A stretch of 63,189 nucleotides of DNA, counting the filler, from Rhabdomonas costata (lineage: Eukaryota), in the NCBI GenBank assembly GCA_019059605.1. It is 56 parts of 56 records of this genome, joined end to end, with 100 filler letters (N's around TTAATTAATTAA, not from the genome) between each part and the next. Parts side by side here need not be neighbours in the genome. Positions count along the whole stretch, not along the records: positions 37,301 to 38,330 come from JAHMHO010032499.1; positions 38,431 to 39,460 come from JAHMHO010032500.1; positions 39,561 to 40,588 come from JAHMHO010032501.1; positions 40,689 to 41,718 come from JAHMHO010032502.1; positions 41,819 to 42,848 come from JAHMHO010032503.1; positions 42,949 to 43,978 come from JAHMHO010032504.1; positions 44,079 to 45,108 come from JAHMHO010032505.1; positions 45,209 to 46,238 come from JAHMHO010032506.1; 48 more parts are not named here. One strand, 5' to 3'. The stretch's first letter is position 1; each line of letters opens with the position of its first letter. A program made the position numbers and the translations under genes. The notes beneath the pieces are model-generated. The model saw nothing but the letters and a program-made list of their open reading frames with translations. It was not told the origin of the DNA and ran no database searches. Below, piece by piece: positions 38,100 through 50,357 of this stretch.

Positions 38100-41000
38100 C
38101 TGTAGTGGATGTTGAGAAACCGAACATTAGCTTTTCAGAGGCGAGCAGCCCTGATCCTTTCGATGCAGAGCAACCCGGTCCAAAACGCTGCAGGTCCTTA
38201 ACGTCAAAGTTGCCCCAATTATTTTCTATCGTCATCATCTCGCCTCTGACTCATAAGACACTTTTCGATAATGAACTGTTGCCTTCCTCAGAGGACGCCA
38301 CACGTTCATCTATTGCAGACCACACCCACANNNNNNNNNNNNNNNNNNNNNNNNNNNNNNNNNNNNNNNNNNNNTTAATTAATTAANNNNNNNNNNNNNN
38401 NNNNNNNNNNNNNNNNNNNNNNNNNNNNNNGTTGTGAGTGTGTAGGAGGGTATGAAATCGGGTGTTGGCATCTTTTTTGGCCCCGGAGATTTTTTGGAGG
38501 GGGGTGTTTTTGAACCCCTGTTGTAAAATTCTCGCTTGGGTATTTGGTTTTCGGGTTTCAAGTCCGCTTTTTGGATTTCGGAGTCGGGTTCAGGGTTCTG
38601 GTTTTCGGGGTTTGGTATTCGGGTCTTCGCTTTCGGTCTTCTGAGTCGGCATTCCGGGGTTGGGTTGGAGTGGGCGTTCTTGGTTTCGGCCTTTCTGTGG
38701 GTGCTGGTTGGAGGGGTGTTGGTATGGGTTCATGCGTGTTGGCCTTTGATTCGTGTACGCGTACGTGTTCTTCTTCTTCTTCTTCTTTGGGTTAGGGTTA
38801 AGGTTTTGGTTCTGAGGTGGAGTCGTAGGGTAGGTGGAGGAGTAGAGCGTGATGTTGGAGTTGAAGGAGTTTGTGCGTTGAGGAGGGGGGACGTCCCCTT
38901 AGTATCCGAGGAGCGTCACCCAGGGAGGGCGACCGGGAGAAGAGAGGACTTCACAACAGAGTCTGGGGGCACCGCAGTCCAAAAGACGCAGAGAGCAGAC
39001 AGACAAAACACCTGGTTAGTTATATTTAATGGTTTTCTTCGAAAACGTTTGCTTTCCCATCCACCCCGTTGTGGGAAAGGCAGAAAAACTCTCCACGTGA
39101 CCTTCCCCGGATTTTGGTCAGCTTTGGTTCGAGGAGCTGACCAGTCCTCAAAGAACAAAAGGGAGACTGTGTGCTACTTATCTCCCGACGCACTCGCATG
39201 CATCCTGCTTGATATTGTCCGCGTCAAAAAGTCACAACGCACAAAAGTGTGCACTAAGTCAGGCGTTTTCGGACTAAGAAGCTAAAATGGGTGGGGAGAA
39301 AACTGGGCTCCAGGGCTTATCGGTTGTACTTATTCTTTCAATCAGATTTTAACCTTCTACGGTCACTTCTTACTATTGAGGTGACGCGGGCCATATTGGC
39401 CACACCACACACACACAAGCTCGCCTCGCCCTCTGTGCCTTCTTTGCCATACCCCCCCACNNNNNNNNNNNNNNNNNNNNNNNNNNNNNNNNNNNNNNNN
39501 NNNNTTAATTAATTAANNNNNNNNNNNNNNNNNNNNNNNNNNNNNNNNNNNNNNNNNNNNTGTGGGTGTGTTTGGTGGGGGGGTGGAATGCACCCGAATT
39601 GAGGAAAATCGTGCAAACTAGCTGCGCAGAGGGAGGGTAACCCTGTCGAGGAACACGGAGAGAGAGGGGAGGGGTGATGCTTGAGGTTGGATTAGTGTTG
39701 TGTGTGTGTGTGTGTGTGTGTTTGGGGGTATGTATGAAGTAGGGCGGCGGAAGCGGGAGGGAGAGCACAAACCAGCGCCTGCAGCCACTTGGCCGCAGGA
39801 AGGAGCCGCTTCCGTGGCAAGAAAGCACGCGGAGAAAAGCAAAATAGAAACAAGTACAGGGCATCCGAAGGGTATTCGTCAGAAAAAGATTGCAGGGATT
39901 GAATGTGTTTACGACTGCGTGTGTGTGTATGGGGGGGGGGCTGTAACCAGCGGACAGCAGAAACCAGGCGCTCGCAGAAGGACGTAAACACCCGAACGCC
40001 AGCTCCCTTTACATGTGCTTTAGGTTTTGGTGGTGGTGGTGGTCGTGGGGAGCATGGCAAAATACAAAATGAAGAAAATGAAAATAACTTCTCCGTGTAT
40101 CATAGCAGCGCGGGAAGGGCGAGGGGCGATCTGGAAGCCGAAGAGCATGCCAAAACCAACTCCCACAGGAAGATATGACTTAGCGGAACGCACGGGGAGT
40201 GGTGCGGCGGTCTGGACTTGCTTAGGAGCAGTTCTTCTTACGCTGAGTTCTGCAATGAGAGAAAAAAACGTCCACAGAAAGAAAAACTCGAAAACTCACC
40301 GGCCCCTTTTGACAACCCCAACCGCACTGACTCTTACTTAATCAAGGCGGGAGCGGAAGGGGGTAATCTGACAGTCATGGAGCATCATATCTCATATCGC
40401 AGCATACCACGATATACGCACTCCCCCAAATCAAATGCACCAGCCAAGGTGCTCTATGAGGGTAGACATACTAACTACCAAGCGCCGGGCAGCATTCACG
40501 AATTCCGCATTCACCTGTGACGACCCTCCCGTCAGCGCCGTCCAACCAAAGAAAACGAGACAGGTTCGGTATAGGGGCAACGAAAACANNNNNNNNNNNN
40601 NNNNNNNNNNNNNNNNNNNNNNNNNNNNNNNNTTAATTAATTAANNNNNNNNNNNNNNNNNNNNNNNNNNNNNNNNNNNNNNNNNNNNTGTTGGGGGGGC
40701 GAGGGAGGGCCAGCGGTACCGGTGGCCCTCCCTCGCCCTCCCCGCTGGCCACCTCCCATTCCCTGCCTGCCCACCCTCGGAGCAGCCGAGAGAGCGCTGT
40801 GCTGCGGGCCTCCTCCTCGAGGTCCTGTGGGGGGCCGTACCGGCCTCGAGGGCTCTCCGCGGCCCTGGCGGCGATGTCTCGCCGTGAGGAGAGCGGGGCT
40901 TCTGCTGAGGTGGGGCAGGTGCTGTTGCAGGTCTACGCTAGGCGTCCCTTGGTGACCCAGCATGGACCGTCGGAGCTGGCCCGGGCCGAGACTTGTGGAC

Positions 41001-41818
41001 GCATCAGTGATACTGGTGCATCCCAGTGTGAAGGTGTGATGAAGCAGGGGTGGGGGTGGGGGATCTGCTGCACCTGTAGGACACTTTTGGGAAATCGATT
41101 TTTCCAGAGCAGCTGAACATTTCGGTCACTATTGGCTTGTTTGGAGCGAAGTTGAGGCCACGAGCGCGTCCTCGCCTCATCGCCATGTTTATGTCATTGG
41201 TCTCATGCCGCGTTTCATCTTCACTCCACCTGGCTTTCCGAGAGCTGCGCCAAAACCTTCGGCTGAGTAGTTCCTCGGACAGCCCGTGAAACCTACTCTA
41301 CCTACTCTCTCCACCGTCTGCACTCGATCGACAAAATAGCTCTCATGAGCCCACATCAACTTTCAGGGGCAAAAATTGTTGCTTTTCTGCCTATGAGGGG
41401 GTGACTTTGCTGTGGCCATCCAAAAAGGGGTGCCCTCATCTGTGGCAAGCTGTAACCTTCTCGCGGCTTCCTGGCCCCTTCCAAGAAGTCCAGAAAGGAG
41501 CTCGGAGGGGCCCACCAATGCCGAGACCACGGCATGACCTCTTCAAAGGCAATCGTGTACAGCAGTGTACAGGTTGTGCGTGTACGGGTCTGACTGGCTA
41601 AGCTGAAGCCAGTGCGTGTGGGTGTGTATCGGCGTACCCGTTTCTTCTCGCCCACATCCCCTCCCTTCGCTTCCCCTGCCAAAGGCTTGGGAGGACAGGT
41701 AAACGTGCCCTCGTGCTTNNNNNNNNNNNNNNNNNNNNNNNNNNNNNNNNNNNNNNNNNNNNTTAATTAATTAANNNNNNNNNNNNNNNNNNNNNNNNNN
41801 NNNNNNNNNNNNNNNNNN

Positions 41819-42848
41819 GGGGTTGTTTGTCGGATTGGCTGAGCTCTTTGTAGAGGTGAGCTTGGAAGATGGAAAAGGTGCCGACTGGTGCAGAAAAGCA
41901 GTTCGGGAACTCGGTTGGTAAGCTCGATCATGGTCGTGAGCGAATGGGGTTTTTCCGGTCAAAGAAGGTTCGATCGTGGTCAGTTTACCCGTGCAGTCGA
42001 GGGTCGAGGCCTTCTTTGCAGCAGACCGAGGATGCGGGTGCTCGGGCAGTTGACACCATCGGCTGGCTCTATCGGCTGGGGAGGAAGAAGCTGGTAGTTG
42101 AAATGAATTCGGGCCCGAGGACGTCCGAGGCTACTGGCAGGCTCCGGAGTCGGACCTCTTCGGGCCAGTCGAGGCGTGGTGTCGGTGGGGCAGGGCTTCC
42201 ACGATTCTCTCTACCTCTGCTGTTCGGGTCGTCGGTCCTGCCGTAGTTGACTGCTTATCGACACTGGGTCTGCTTAGTGTTCGACATGTTTGTTCAACCG
42301 AATGGAAAGCGGTAAAAGTTCAGCACGTCGAGGAATTGGTAGGAGAAGTGGGTGATGAGGGTGGTTGGCCCTGAGGCTTTCTTCTGCCCAGGTTCGGATG
42401 CGCGGTGGAAACAGCGGTGGTTCCGTGGTCGGTAGGGAATGTCGAAGGCTTCCCTCAGCACACCGGTGATCCGATTGTAAGCCCAGCTATGAACTCCTTG
42501 GAGCTCAGACTTCGGACTAAAGTTCAACATTGGGCAAGGAAGCAACCGGTTGAGGCCGGTTGAACTCGAGTGGAGGCGTCTTGCCATCGAGCCAATGCCC
42601 GGCGGTGAGTTCGTTCGATATGGGGCTCGGCTTTGGTTCCATGTCAGGAAGTCTATTCACAATATTATCGAACTGAGTTTGGCACCTTCCATCACCTGGA
42701 AGGTGTTCGACAGGTCCTGTCGGGTGTCGTTAAGAATTCTGGGGTAGATCAGGCCCTATTGTACTGGAATCCCTGAAAAGATTCGGTGTTCAAGGAGATG
42801 GTGCTCATGCGGGATTCCAGTACAATAGGGCCTGATCTACCCAAAAAA
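41819..42848 (-). mobile_element. Possible highly decayed Penelope-like retroelement RT region
   Basis: Fragments GLIYP..LNDT, IDFL, EF-TGL..LP and QGVHS..NRI are loosely collinear with the Penelope RT C-terminus. Many stops and frameshifts. Confidence 0.25.
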
Positions 42849-43305
42849 NNNNNNNNNNNNNNNNNNNNNNNNNNNNNNNNNNNNNNNNNNNNTTAATTAA
42901 TTAANNNNNNNNNNNNNNNNNNNNNNNNNNNNNNNNNNNNNNNNNNNNGTTTTTTTTTCTTGGATCTCACACATAATAGCCAGGAAAAAGTAACCTAGTC
43001 CATCGTCCAATGGAGAAACGGGGGTGTTTCCTTTACAAGGAGAGGTGCGCGCAAGAAGAAAAACCGAAGTGGGGGAGGCACACACAAGATATCGCTTGCA
43101 AGTCCTCCCGCCAACCAACTGCTGCCGTCAACGAAAGGGACCTGAAGTGCTGGCGTATGGTGCAACATGGAGATGGTGATGGCTACAAACGTTAAAGGGA
43201 ATTGCAGTCAAAAGTTTCTCATGAAATCAATCCCAAAAAAAAAGCCCAAAGCCAAGGTTTCCATTTTTAAAATACCTGTACAAAGTCTGTTGTTGCCCTC
43301 CTCAG

Positions 43306-43978
43306 GTGTTCGGTGTTATGAAGCCTACAACGAAACTGGTGCTTGTGGTGGCCGTGATGAGTCTGGTGATGTGCCTGGCGGTGGCCGGCACGGCCATTGG
43401 GGTGAACTTCATCAACTCCATCCACATCCAGGAGGAAACTCTGAAGAAAGAGCTCCGGCTTGTGCTGAACGCGGTGGAGAGCTTCACGGTGACGCAGGCT
43501 CGGCAGCAGGCGGTAACTTCTGTGCCGTGTACGTGTTTTTAATGCTCCTGAGATGCTTCTGGTTTCGGTGAGACTTTTTGCCTCTCAGCTGGAGAAGCAG
43601 CTGGACACTGTGGTTATGATCGCGGACATGGTGCAAACCCTGGGCTACGAAAACATGATCACCACCATTCAAGACCGGACCCAGAATGCCCACCAGGCCA
43701 TGGCCGCCATCACGGACCAGCTGTTTCTGTCCACCTCCAACACCCTTGCACTTCAGCGCGCCACGGCGATCAAGGATCACCTCATCGGGGTCTCCAGGGT
43801 TGTCAGCGGCAGCAACGTGGACATGATGGTGGCTTTGGTGGATCTGATGAACAGGGAGCAGCTCCCCGATGGCTATGAGGCGATGCTGGTGCGGAATTCC
43901 TCCAGCGGGGCGGGCGTCCTCGACATGGGCAACGGCGCCGCCCTTCTGAGCCAGCTCCGCTACTGCAACCACCCCAAC
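43306..43978 (+). CDS. Receptor-like membrane protein N-terminus (TM helix plus long helical ectodomain); exons 43306-43512 and 43589->43978
   Basis: KLVLVVAVMSLVMCLAVAGTAIGV TM segment. A 76-nt GT-AG intron joins QARQQA|LEKQLD in frame. Confidence 0.65.
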
Positions 43979-45464
43979 NNNNNNNNNNNNNNNNNNNNNN
44001 NNNNNNNNNNNNNNNNNNNNNNTTAATTAATTAANNNNNNNNNNNNNNNNNNNNNNNNNNNNNNNNNNNNNNNNNNNNTGTGGTTGGGAGAGAGAGAGCA
44101 ACCTGTGGGGCAGCGGGGTGAGCAGGCAGTGGCCACGGCTCGGGCAGGATTGCCCGGATCTGCCCACGTGTGGGGAGGGCCTTCCGGCGAAGGACCCATG
44201 GCGGCGCGCCCGCCCACACTGGGGCATGCCACGTAGGCCCCCAGCCCCGGCGAGGGGAAGAACCGGGTTGGGGTGTTGAAAACCTTCTGTCGCTGGCTGG
44301 GCCACAGCCACTGCTGGTGAGAAGCCATCGTGCAGTACAGCTGCTGCTGCTGCTGCTGGTACTGCTGCCAGTAATACTGCTGCTGGTCCGGGGTCAAGGA
44401 TAGACCCTGACACCGCAGCCCCCCGGTACACAAACCGAAACAACACAAGCAGTGTTCTTTGCAAGTGAGTGACATGGGAAGCAAAGAATGGCAGAATGTA
44501 ACAGTGGGAAGCAATCGGGAGGTCAAACCTCAATGGGTCCAGTTGAACTGTGGGGAACTGTGCTGCGCAGTGACGTGCATTTCTTGCCCCAAAAAGTCAC
44601 TATATCTCGTCTTTATGTTCCGTGATCAGTTTTTGCAGAAAAAAATCGGTCCAGGTTCACTTCAGATCAGTCTGCGCTGGGCTCAACAGGGCTGGGAAAA
44701 ATTTCAATTGGCAAGACCAAATATGCATTGCAAAAAAAAAAGCGTGCAAAAATATGCAAAAAAAAGTGCATTTCAAGTCACAATAAGACCGTATTACAAG
44801 GGCAAGCGAAAGAAGAATTTCCGTCTGCTTCAGCAGCCGGGACCGGCGGTGATAGCAGTGGGGAACCAGAAATCAGCTTCGGAAGGAAAAACGCAAATGG
44901 GGGTCAAAAAAGGAGGCATGCGAAGGAAACCGCGCCCGCAAATTTCACAGGAGAGTGCTGCGTGCACAAGGAATGGAGAACAAGGAGACCGAAGCATAAA
45001 AAATTGGGCTTTCAAAAAAGCAACCCCTTTAATACTCCAAGTTCAGTTCCATCCCCAAAAATGATGTTTTATTGTCGCCCAAGGGAGGAAAGGAATTGCT
45101 ACCCCCCCNNNNNNNNNNNNNNNNNNNNNNNNNNNNNNNNNNNNNNNNNNNNTTAATTAATTAANNNNNNNNNNNNNNNNNNNNNNNNNNNNNNNNNNNN
45201 NNNNNNNNCCACAGCCACCACCCTGCCCCGCTTGGCTATGTGTTCAAGCCCTCGTTCTTGGACTAAGATGTTTCCCAGAGTTGTGATATTTTTGGCTTAT
45301 CGCAGGTGGCAGACACAATGGAGAGTCTCATTTCCCTTATTTTTTTCTTCTTCTGTCTCTTCTTGAGAAGTTGCGGGTGGTCTAAAACGGATTGCATTTG
45401 CTTGCTGCATGTGGCAGAGGTAGTGTCCGTGCGTCCACCCTGGGAATATCGGTCGGTATTTTAG

Positions 45465-46238
45465 GCTTTGAGTTCCTGGAGCGCTTTCTGAAAGATGGCC
45501 ACCTTTGGCTCTTCCAGTTTGCATTGGCGATGCACCGGCACTTCAAAACGGCGTTGCTGGCGGCCAAGGACCACGCAGCGGTACGAGGGTGCTGTGCTCG
45601 CGGCTGTTGCCAAAGCGGTGCATATCCGTCGAATCAGAAAATCTATCGATATGAGAAAATATGTTCAATGCGCCACCAGACCCGTGAGCTACTAATGTGA
45701 TTGTGCATTTTATTTTCACGTTTTGAATATGGTTGTGGGTTGTGGTTGTGAGGATGACTTTTTATTGAGTATTTGACTCACGCAGGTTTACGCCATTTTG
45801 AGATTGGAGAAATCGGTGCTTCGGGTCAATCCCATTACCACGGAGACGCTGGATCAGGTGCAGTTTGTCGAGGTTTTAAGTTTTGCAGCACAACGCTGCC
45901 TGCATACATGGAGAATTTTTAAAAATTTGCTGACGTGGCACGACAGTGAAAATGCTCCCCCCCCCCCAGTGCTCCTCTTATCCGTGTTTAGTCTTTTTCG
46001 CTCTGACTGTTCCGTGCGTTTCATCTTCTGCGTGTCTCTTTGGCAAACTGTTATTATTTTGACAGAGCAAGATTGAGCTCGCTCTAATACGCAAGATAGG
46101 ATTTGCATGGCGTCACCTTTTCCTGGCGTACTCCTCGCCTCTCCTCTCATGCATTCACCCTCTCTCTTCCGAAAGGCGGCCCTGTATGACCTCTCGGACC
46201 TAAACATTGCGGCCGCCCGAGAGCTGGCCTACAACACC
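45465..46238 (+). CDS. Probable Rab-GAP TBC-domain protein C-terminal exons (45465-45580, 45786-45857, ~46176->46238)
   Basis: FEFLERFLKDGHLWLFQFALAM...LLAAKDHAA|VYAILRL resembles the last TBC helices (DxFxxEGxxxLFxxALA). Confidence 0.5.
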
Positions 46239-46338
46239 NNNNNNNNNNNNNNNNNNNNNNNNNNNNNNNNNNNNNNNNNNNNTTAATTAATTAANNNNNN
46301 NNNNNNNNNNNNNNNNNNNNNNNNNNNNNNNNNNNNNN

Positions 46339-47283
46339 GGTGTACGGCCCCAGGCCCGACATTGTGATTTTCAACGTGGGGCTGTGGCACCTCTTGGATC
46401 CTTCCGATCGTTTGAACAAGACATGGGTTCCCTCTCTCGCCTCCTCCCAAGCCACGCCTTCACTCAGCTTTGGAGTTGGCGCCTGGGGGTTTTCTTGTTG
46501 CTTGCTGCTGATGTTTCGTGAATTCCTGTTTAAGTCGTTTTAGTGGTGGAGTGCTTGACCGCTGCGTCTTGGGTCACCTCGAAAACGAGGCCCCTAACTT
46601 TGGCTCAGTTTTCTGTTTATTGGCTGAGCGACCTCCCTATGGGACTGGAGCGGGCGCCAGACCGAACGACGAACCTGGCAGTTTCATAACTTGAATGCTG
46701 GTTGACAACCTGTTTTTTGTCGGATGACAGACCAGTTTGCTGACCACCTGGCAACCTCTGGGTACTTTTGAGTCGTTTTTCAGGCCTTTTGATAGTAGTT
46801 ATCTTGAATTTCTGGTGGGGGGGGGGGGGGGTACTCTGGTGCCCCTGGTACCTGTTCAAGGCAAGAAAATAATTGGCGAGCGTTAGACAACACAGACCTC
46901 GGAGTCATGCAAATGGAGACAAAGTGTCCTGCGGGGCTTGGCTTGGCTTGTATAGATGGTGGAATTAGTTGTACTTTCGTCTCGTGCCGGAGTGGTTTTG
47001 TCGCTGCCTTCAAGACTTTTTACGTGTCCTGTTCTTAGGTCCTATTCTGTCGTTGGCGCCTGGCAAAGCAAGTATTCTTCTTACTCCTTTCTTACCCAGG
47101 GATTGAAAGCCCGCCGCTTTTCTGGACGGTTCTTCGTGCCCCCCTATGACCGGGCCGGCTTTGTGAAGATGCTGCTTTCGGTTGTTGCTGCGGTTGATGC
47201 CCGTGTGGCCTCGATGGGGCTAGAGCAGCGGCCCTTCGTCGGCTTTCGGGATCTCGCATGGTCCGCCCGCCATCACATTATAG
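46339..47283 (+). CDS. SGNH/PC-esterase-like protein exons
   Basis: PDIVIFNVGLWH motif. A second exon follows cccAG at 47100. Confidence 0.4.
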
Positions 47284-49862
47284 GCAGGGTACTTTTCTGC
47301 TGCATGGAAGAACGTATCGTGCTTCGAAGCCTCGGTCAAACATCAACCGCTTTACGTACCCCACAAAANNNNNNNNNNNNNNNNNNNNNNNNNNNNNNNN
47401 NNNNNNNNNNNNTTAATTAATTAANNNNNNNNNNNNNNNNNNNNNNNNNNNNNNNNNNNNNNNNNNNNCTAACATTGGCCTCAGAACTCGAGCAAGAGTG
47501 ACGGGATGGGGCTCATATTTGGTGGTATGGTAGTTCTCCTGATTGAGTTGTTTGGCCGCTTCCCGGCTTCGGACTCCTCTACGCCGAGATAAGGCCCCTT
47601 CATGGTCCCATTTTGGCCCTTTTAAGGGCATCTTTGATTTCCAAACTTTTCAAGGGCGCGGTGAACTTTTCGGACCTTTTCAGGCCTGCTTACTGAGCCT
47701 ACGTTTTCGGCCGGACCTCCTTAGCATACCTAAGGGAAAAGCCCATGAGTACTTGATGCACAGGAGTGGGCCGGAATGCTTGTGTTTAGAGCCACGCTAG
47801 AGGCCATTTATGGGCCATTTTGGAGTGTTTTGGGGCCCTTTTTCCATTTACACAGGCTTGGAAGGACCGTTTTTTTTACGCTTGCTTTTCCTTGGGCTGA
47901 TAAGAGAAATAACTGTTGGCTGGCACACCGTCCGCCCACCTGCACACCAGTGACCGCTGTGGCCTGACGGGCTCACGCGCTGTTGGCCACAGGGTGAAGC
48001 GAACTTACACAGCGCCTACATGCGAGTGTCCGAGGGCTTGCAAAGACCACATCATCATTGACCCTATTCCATTTTCGTCGACAAATCAGGTCATCCCCAA
48101 GCCACTACACAGTGCGTTTTCCGTACGCAAAGGTACCCCACTTTCTTCGGGGGGGCTTAAGAGACGCATGTGAACTGTAGACTAGAGGTGGGTGGGAGTA
48201 CTGCTCCATTGAACGAGCCAACACACTGAGGAGGAAGTCGAATAGAACTTATGCCGTGAACCAACCCCGCGCAGGCACATAGTTAAGGGCTACACTTCAC
48301 AGATCCAGCAGGGGGGAGCCAGTGGGTTTGCCGCCCACCAAGTCAACACGCTTTCTTCATGGCCACGTCAGACGGCATAGGTCGTGCCTGATGCAGGTTG
48401 AGCATTGACATCGATGGCACAGGCCTTGTGCCAGTGCAAAAGCATACAGAGCTACAGAGAAAGAGATAGGAGAGTAAAGGAGCCCTACCCCCACAACCNN
48501 NNNNNNNNNNNNNNNNNNNNNNNNNNNNNNNNNNNNNNNNNNTTAATTAATTAANNNNNNNNNNNNNNNNNNNNNNNNNNNNNNNNNNNNNNNNNNNNGG
48601 TTGGTTGGTCCCTCATGTTTTTGGCTTCAACCCGGATGCTCCTCAGCCCTCAGCTGATGATCAGCAGATGACAGCCATCGTGCAGACTTCCCCTTGGATG
48701 CGCCATAGCTTAAATTGGGGAAACGAAGCAACGAGGGATGGTTGGGTCCTTTCTTCCACGTCTCTGCGCAAGCGTATCTATGTGTGCGCCTTTATTATGG
48801 TGGAGTTGGAGTTGATTGTTTTTGTGCCATTCCTCAGATGGTTCGACAGCTGTTAAGTTTACCAGCATCGACGCACAGCTCCCCGCTGATGCCGTTGACC
48901 AACCCGAAAGGATTCGTGAAGGTGTGCGTGGCGAATGGAAGGATAACGTAATGACTTCGCGGAGGTAGGAGGGTGAATCTCCAATGACCAGGACAGCGAC
49001 TTCAGCTACGTGTATAATCTGGATCCACCCACCTCTGAATATTTGATCATGAGGGGGAGAGGGAGGCAAAGGTTTGGGCATGGCATTCCGCCCTTTCCCC
49101 ACCTGAACGAAAATTTAGGGATTTTGGGTTTCGAAATGTTGTCTTCTTGTCTTCTTCTCGTTTTTTTTTCAGATACCAAACCCCCGCCCCGAGAAGGTTT
49201 TGAAAAGCTTCCTGAGGAGACGTCCTGACCGCTGTTTTTTTCCCATTGCGAATAACATCGTGTGCCTTCCCTTTTCTACCAATGGAGCATCTGCATTTGT
49301 TCCTGGTCCAATCTAACATGCGACTGTGCTGTGTGTAGCCCCATTTCCAGAGCTGCTGGTATGTAAGAATCTATCCCCTTTTTGTGAGGGGAGAACATGC
49401 GTTCAGCGGCTCAGGGAAAGGACGGGCGATGCTTTGTTTAGCAGCGCCAACAGACCATACTGGTGAGGGTTTTGGTTTTGTGCATGAGGATCTGATAAAC
49501 CAGGTTTGTGAGCTCTGGAATAGCAGAAAAGCAAATGAAGGGTTAGCCGAAGTGTATCAGCTTTCCCCTCTGGATATATTGAAATAAGAGCACTGGGAAA
49601 ACTATGCCTGCACATCCCCCCCACACCCNNNNNNNNNNNNNNNNNNNNNNNNNNNNNNNNNNNNNNNNNNNNTTAATTAATTAANNNNNNNNNNNNNNNN
49701 NNNNNNNNNNNNNNNNNNNNNNNNNNNNGGGGGGTTTTGGACACTATCAAGCCAGAAATTTGCTGAGTTGAGCAGCTAACATGAATAAAGCATTGACACG
49801 TAAACTTCTGAAAAGCTGGAATGAAAACCGGCATCCTTCGTCGACATGCGAAGGACCCTCAC

Positions 49863-50357
49863 CTGGATCCACAGCGGAACCGAGTCGATGGAGTAAAAAA
49901 TCTCCTGAAGCTTTGATATGGTCAGCTTCGGGCTCTGCGGGGACAGGAACAGCGCGGGGGCGTCGAACACTCCGATATCGTGGTCCTTGCGCGACTGAAG
50001 CTGCAACCTGTTTGAAGAGGAAACCCAGCAACCAAAGATTACAAAGATGCAATGCACAGACTGAGTGCACGCAGGGTCGTCCTTCGCTGAAGATGCCTGT
50101 TTTTGCATTTCAGCCAAAAAAATGAATGTACTTCAAATTTCGGGCTGGGTGGCGTGAGGGTGGGGAGGGTCTACCCCTTGGCCTCGTCGTAGCCCAGAGA
50201 AGCGCGGGTTCGGAACCACATCTGCAGTGTGGTGAGCACGCTGCGGACGTCCCCGTTGAGCTGGGTCACCAGGGACTCCACGGCGGGCTGCCGCATCTCC
50301 CGGCCCTCCCGGCGCAGCACGGCCTGCACGTAGGCCGTGACTTGGGGCAAGGCAGGC
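49863..50357 (-). CDS. RFC1: Replication factor C subunit 1; exons 50357-50175 and 50007-49863
   Basis: VLRREG...NGDVRSVLTTLQMW...YDEAKG|LQLQSRKDHDIGVFDA...VPLWIQ matches the sensor-2 GDIR region and the approach to PLxxQENY. Confidence 0.85.

Noticed and set aside
38536-39285. 249-aa hydrophobic ORF
   Set aside because: It arises from G/T-rich low-complexity sequence and has no recognisable motif.
42742-42842. Perfect 32-bp inverted repeat
   Set aside because: It lies at the contig end, typical of amplification fold-back chimeras.
47955-48006. Hammerhead-like CTGACGG GCTCAC...GTGAAGC GAAC
   Set aside because: Both core elements deviate from CUGANGA and GAAA, and stems I and III are not evident.
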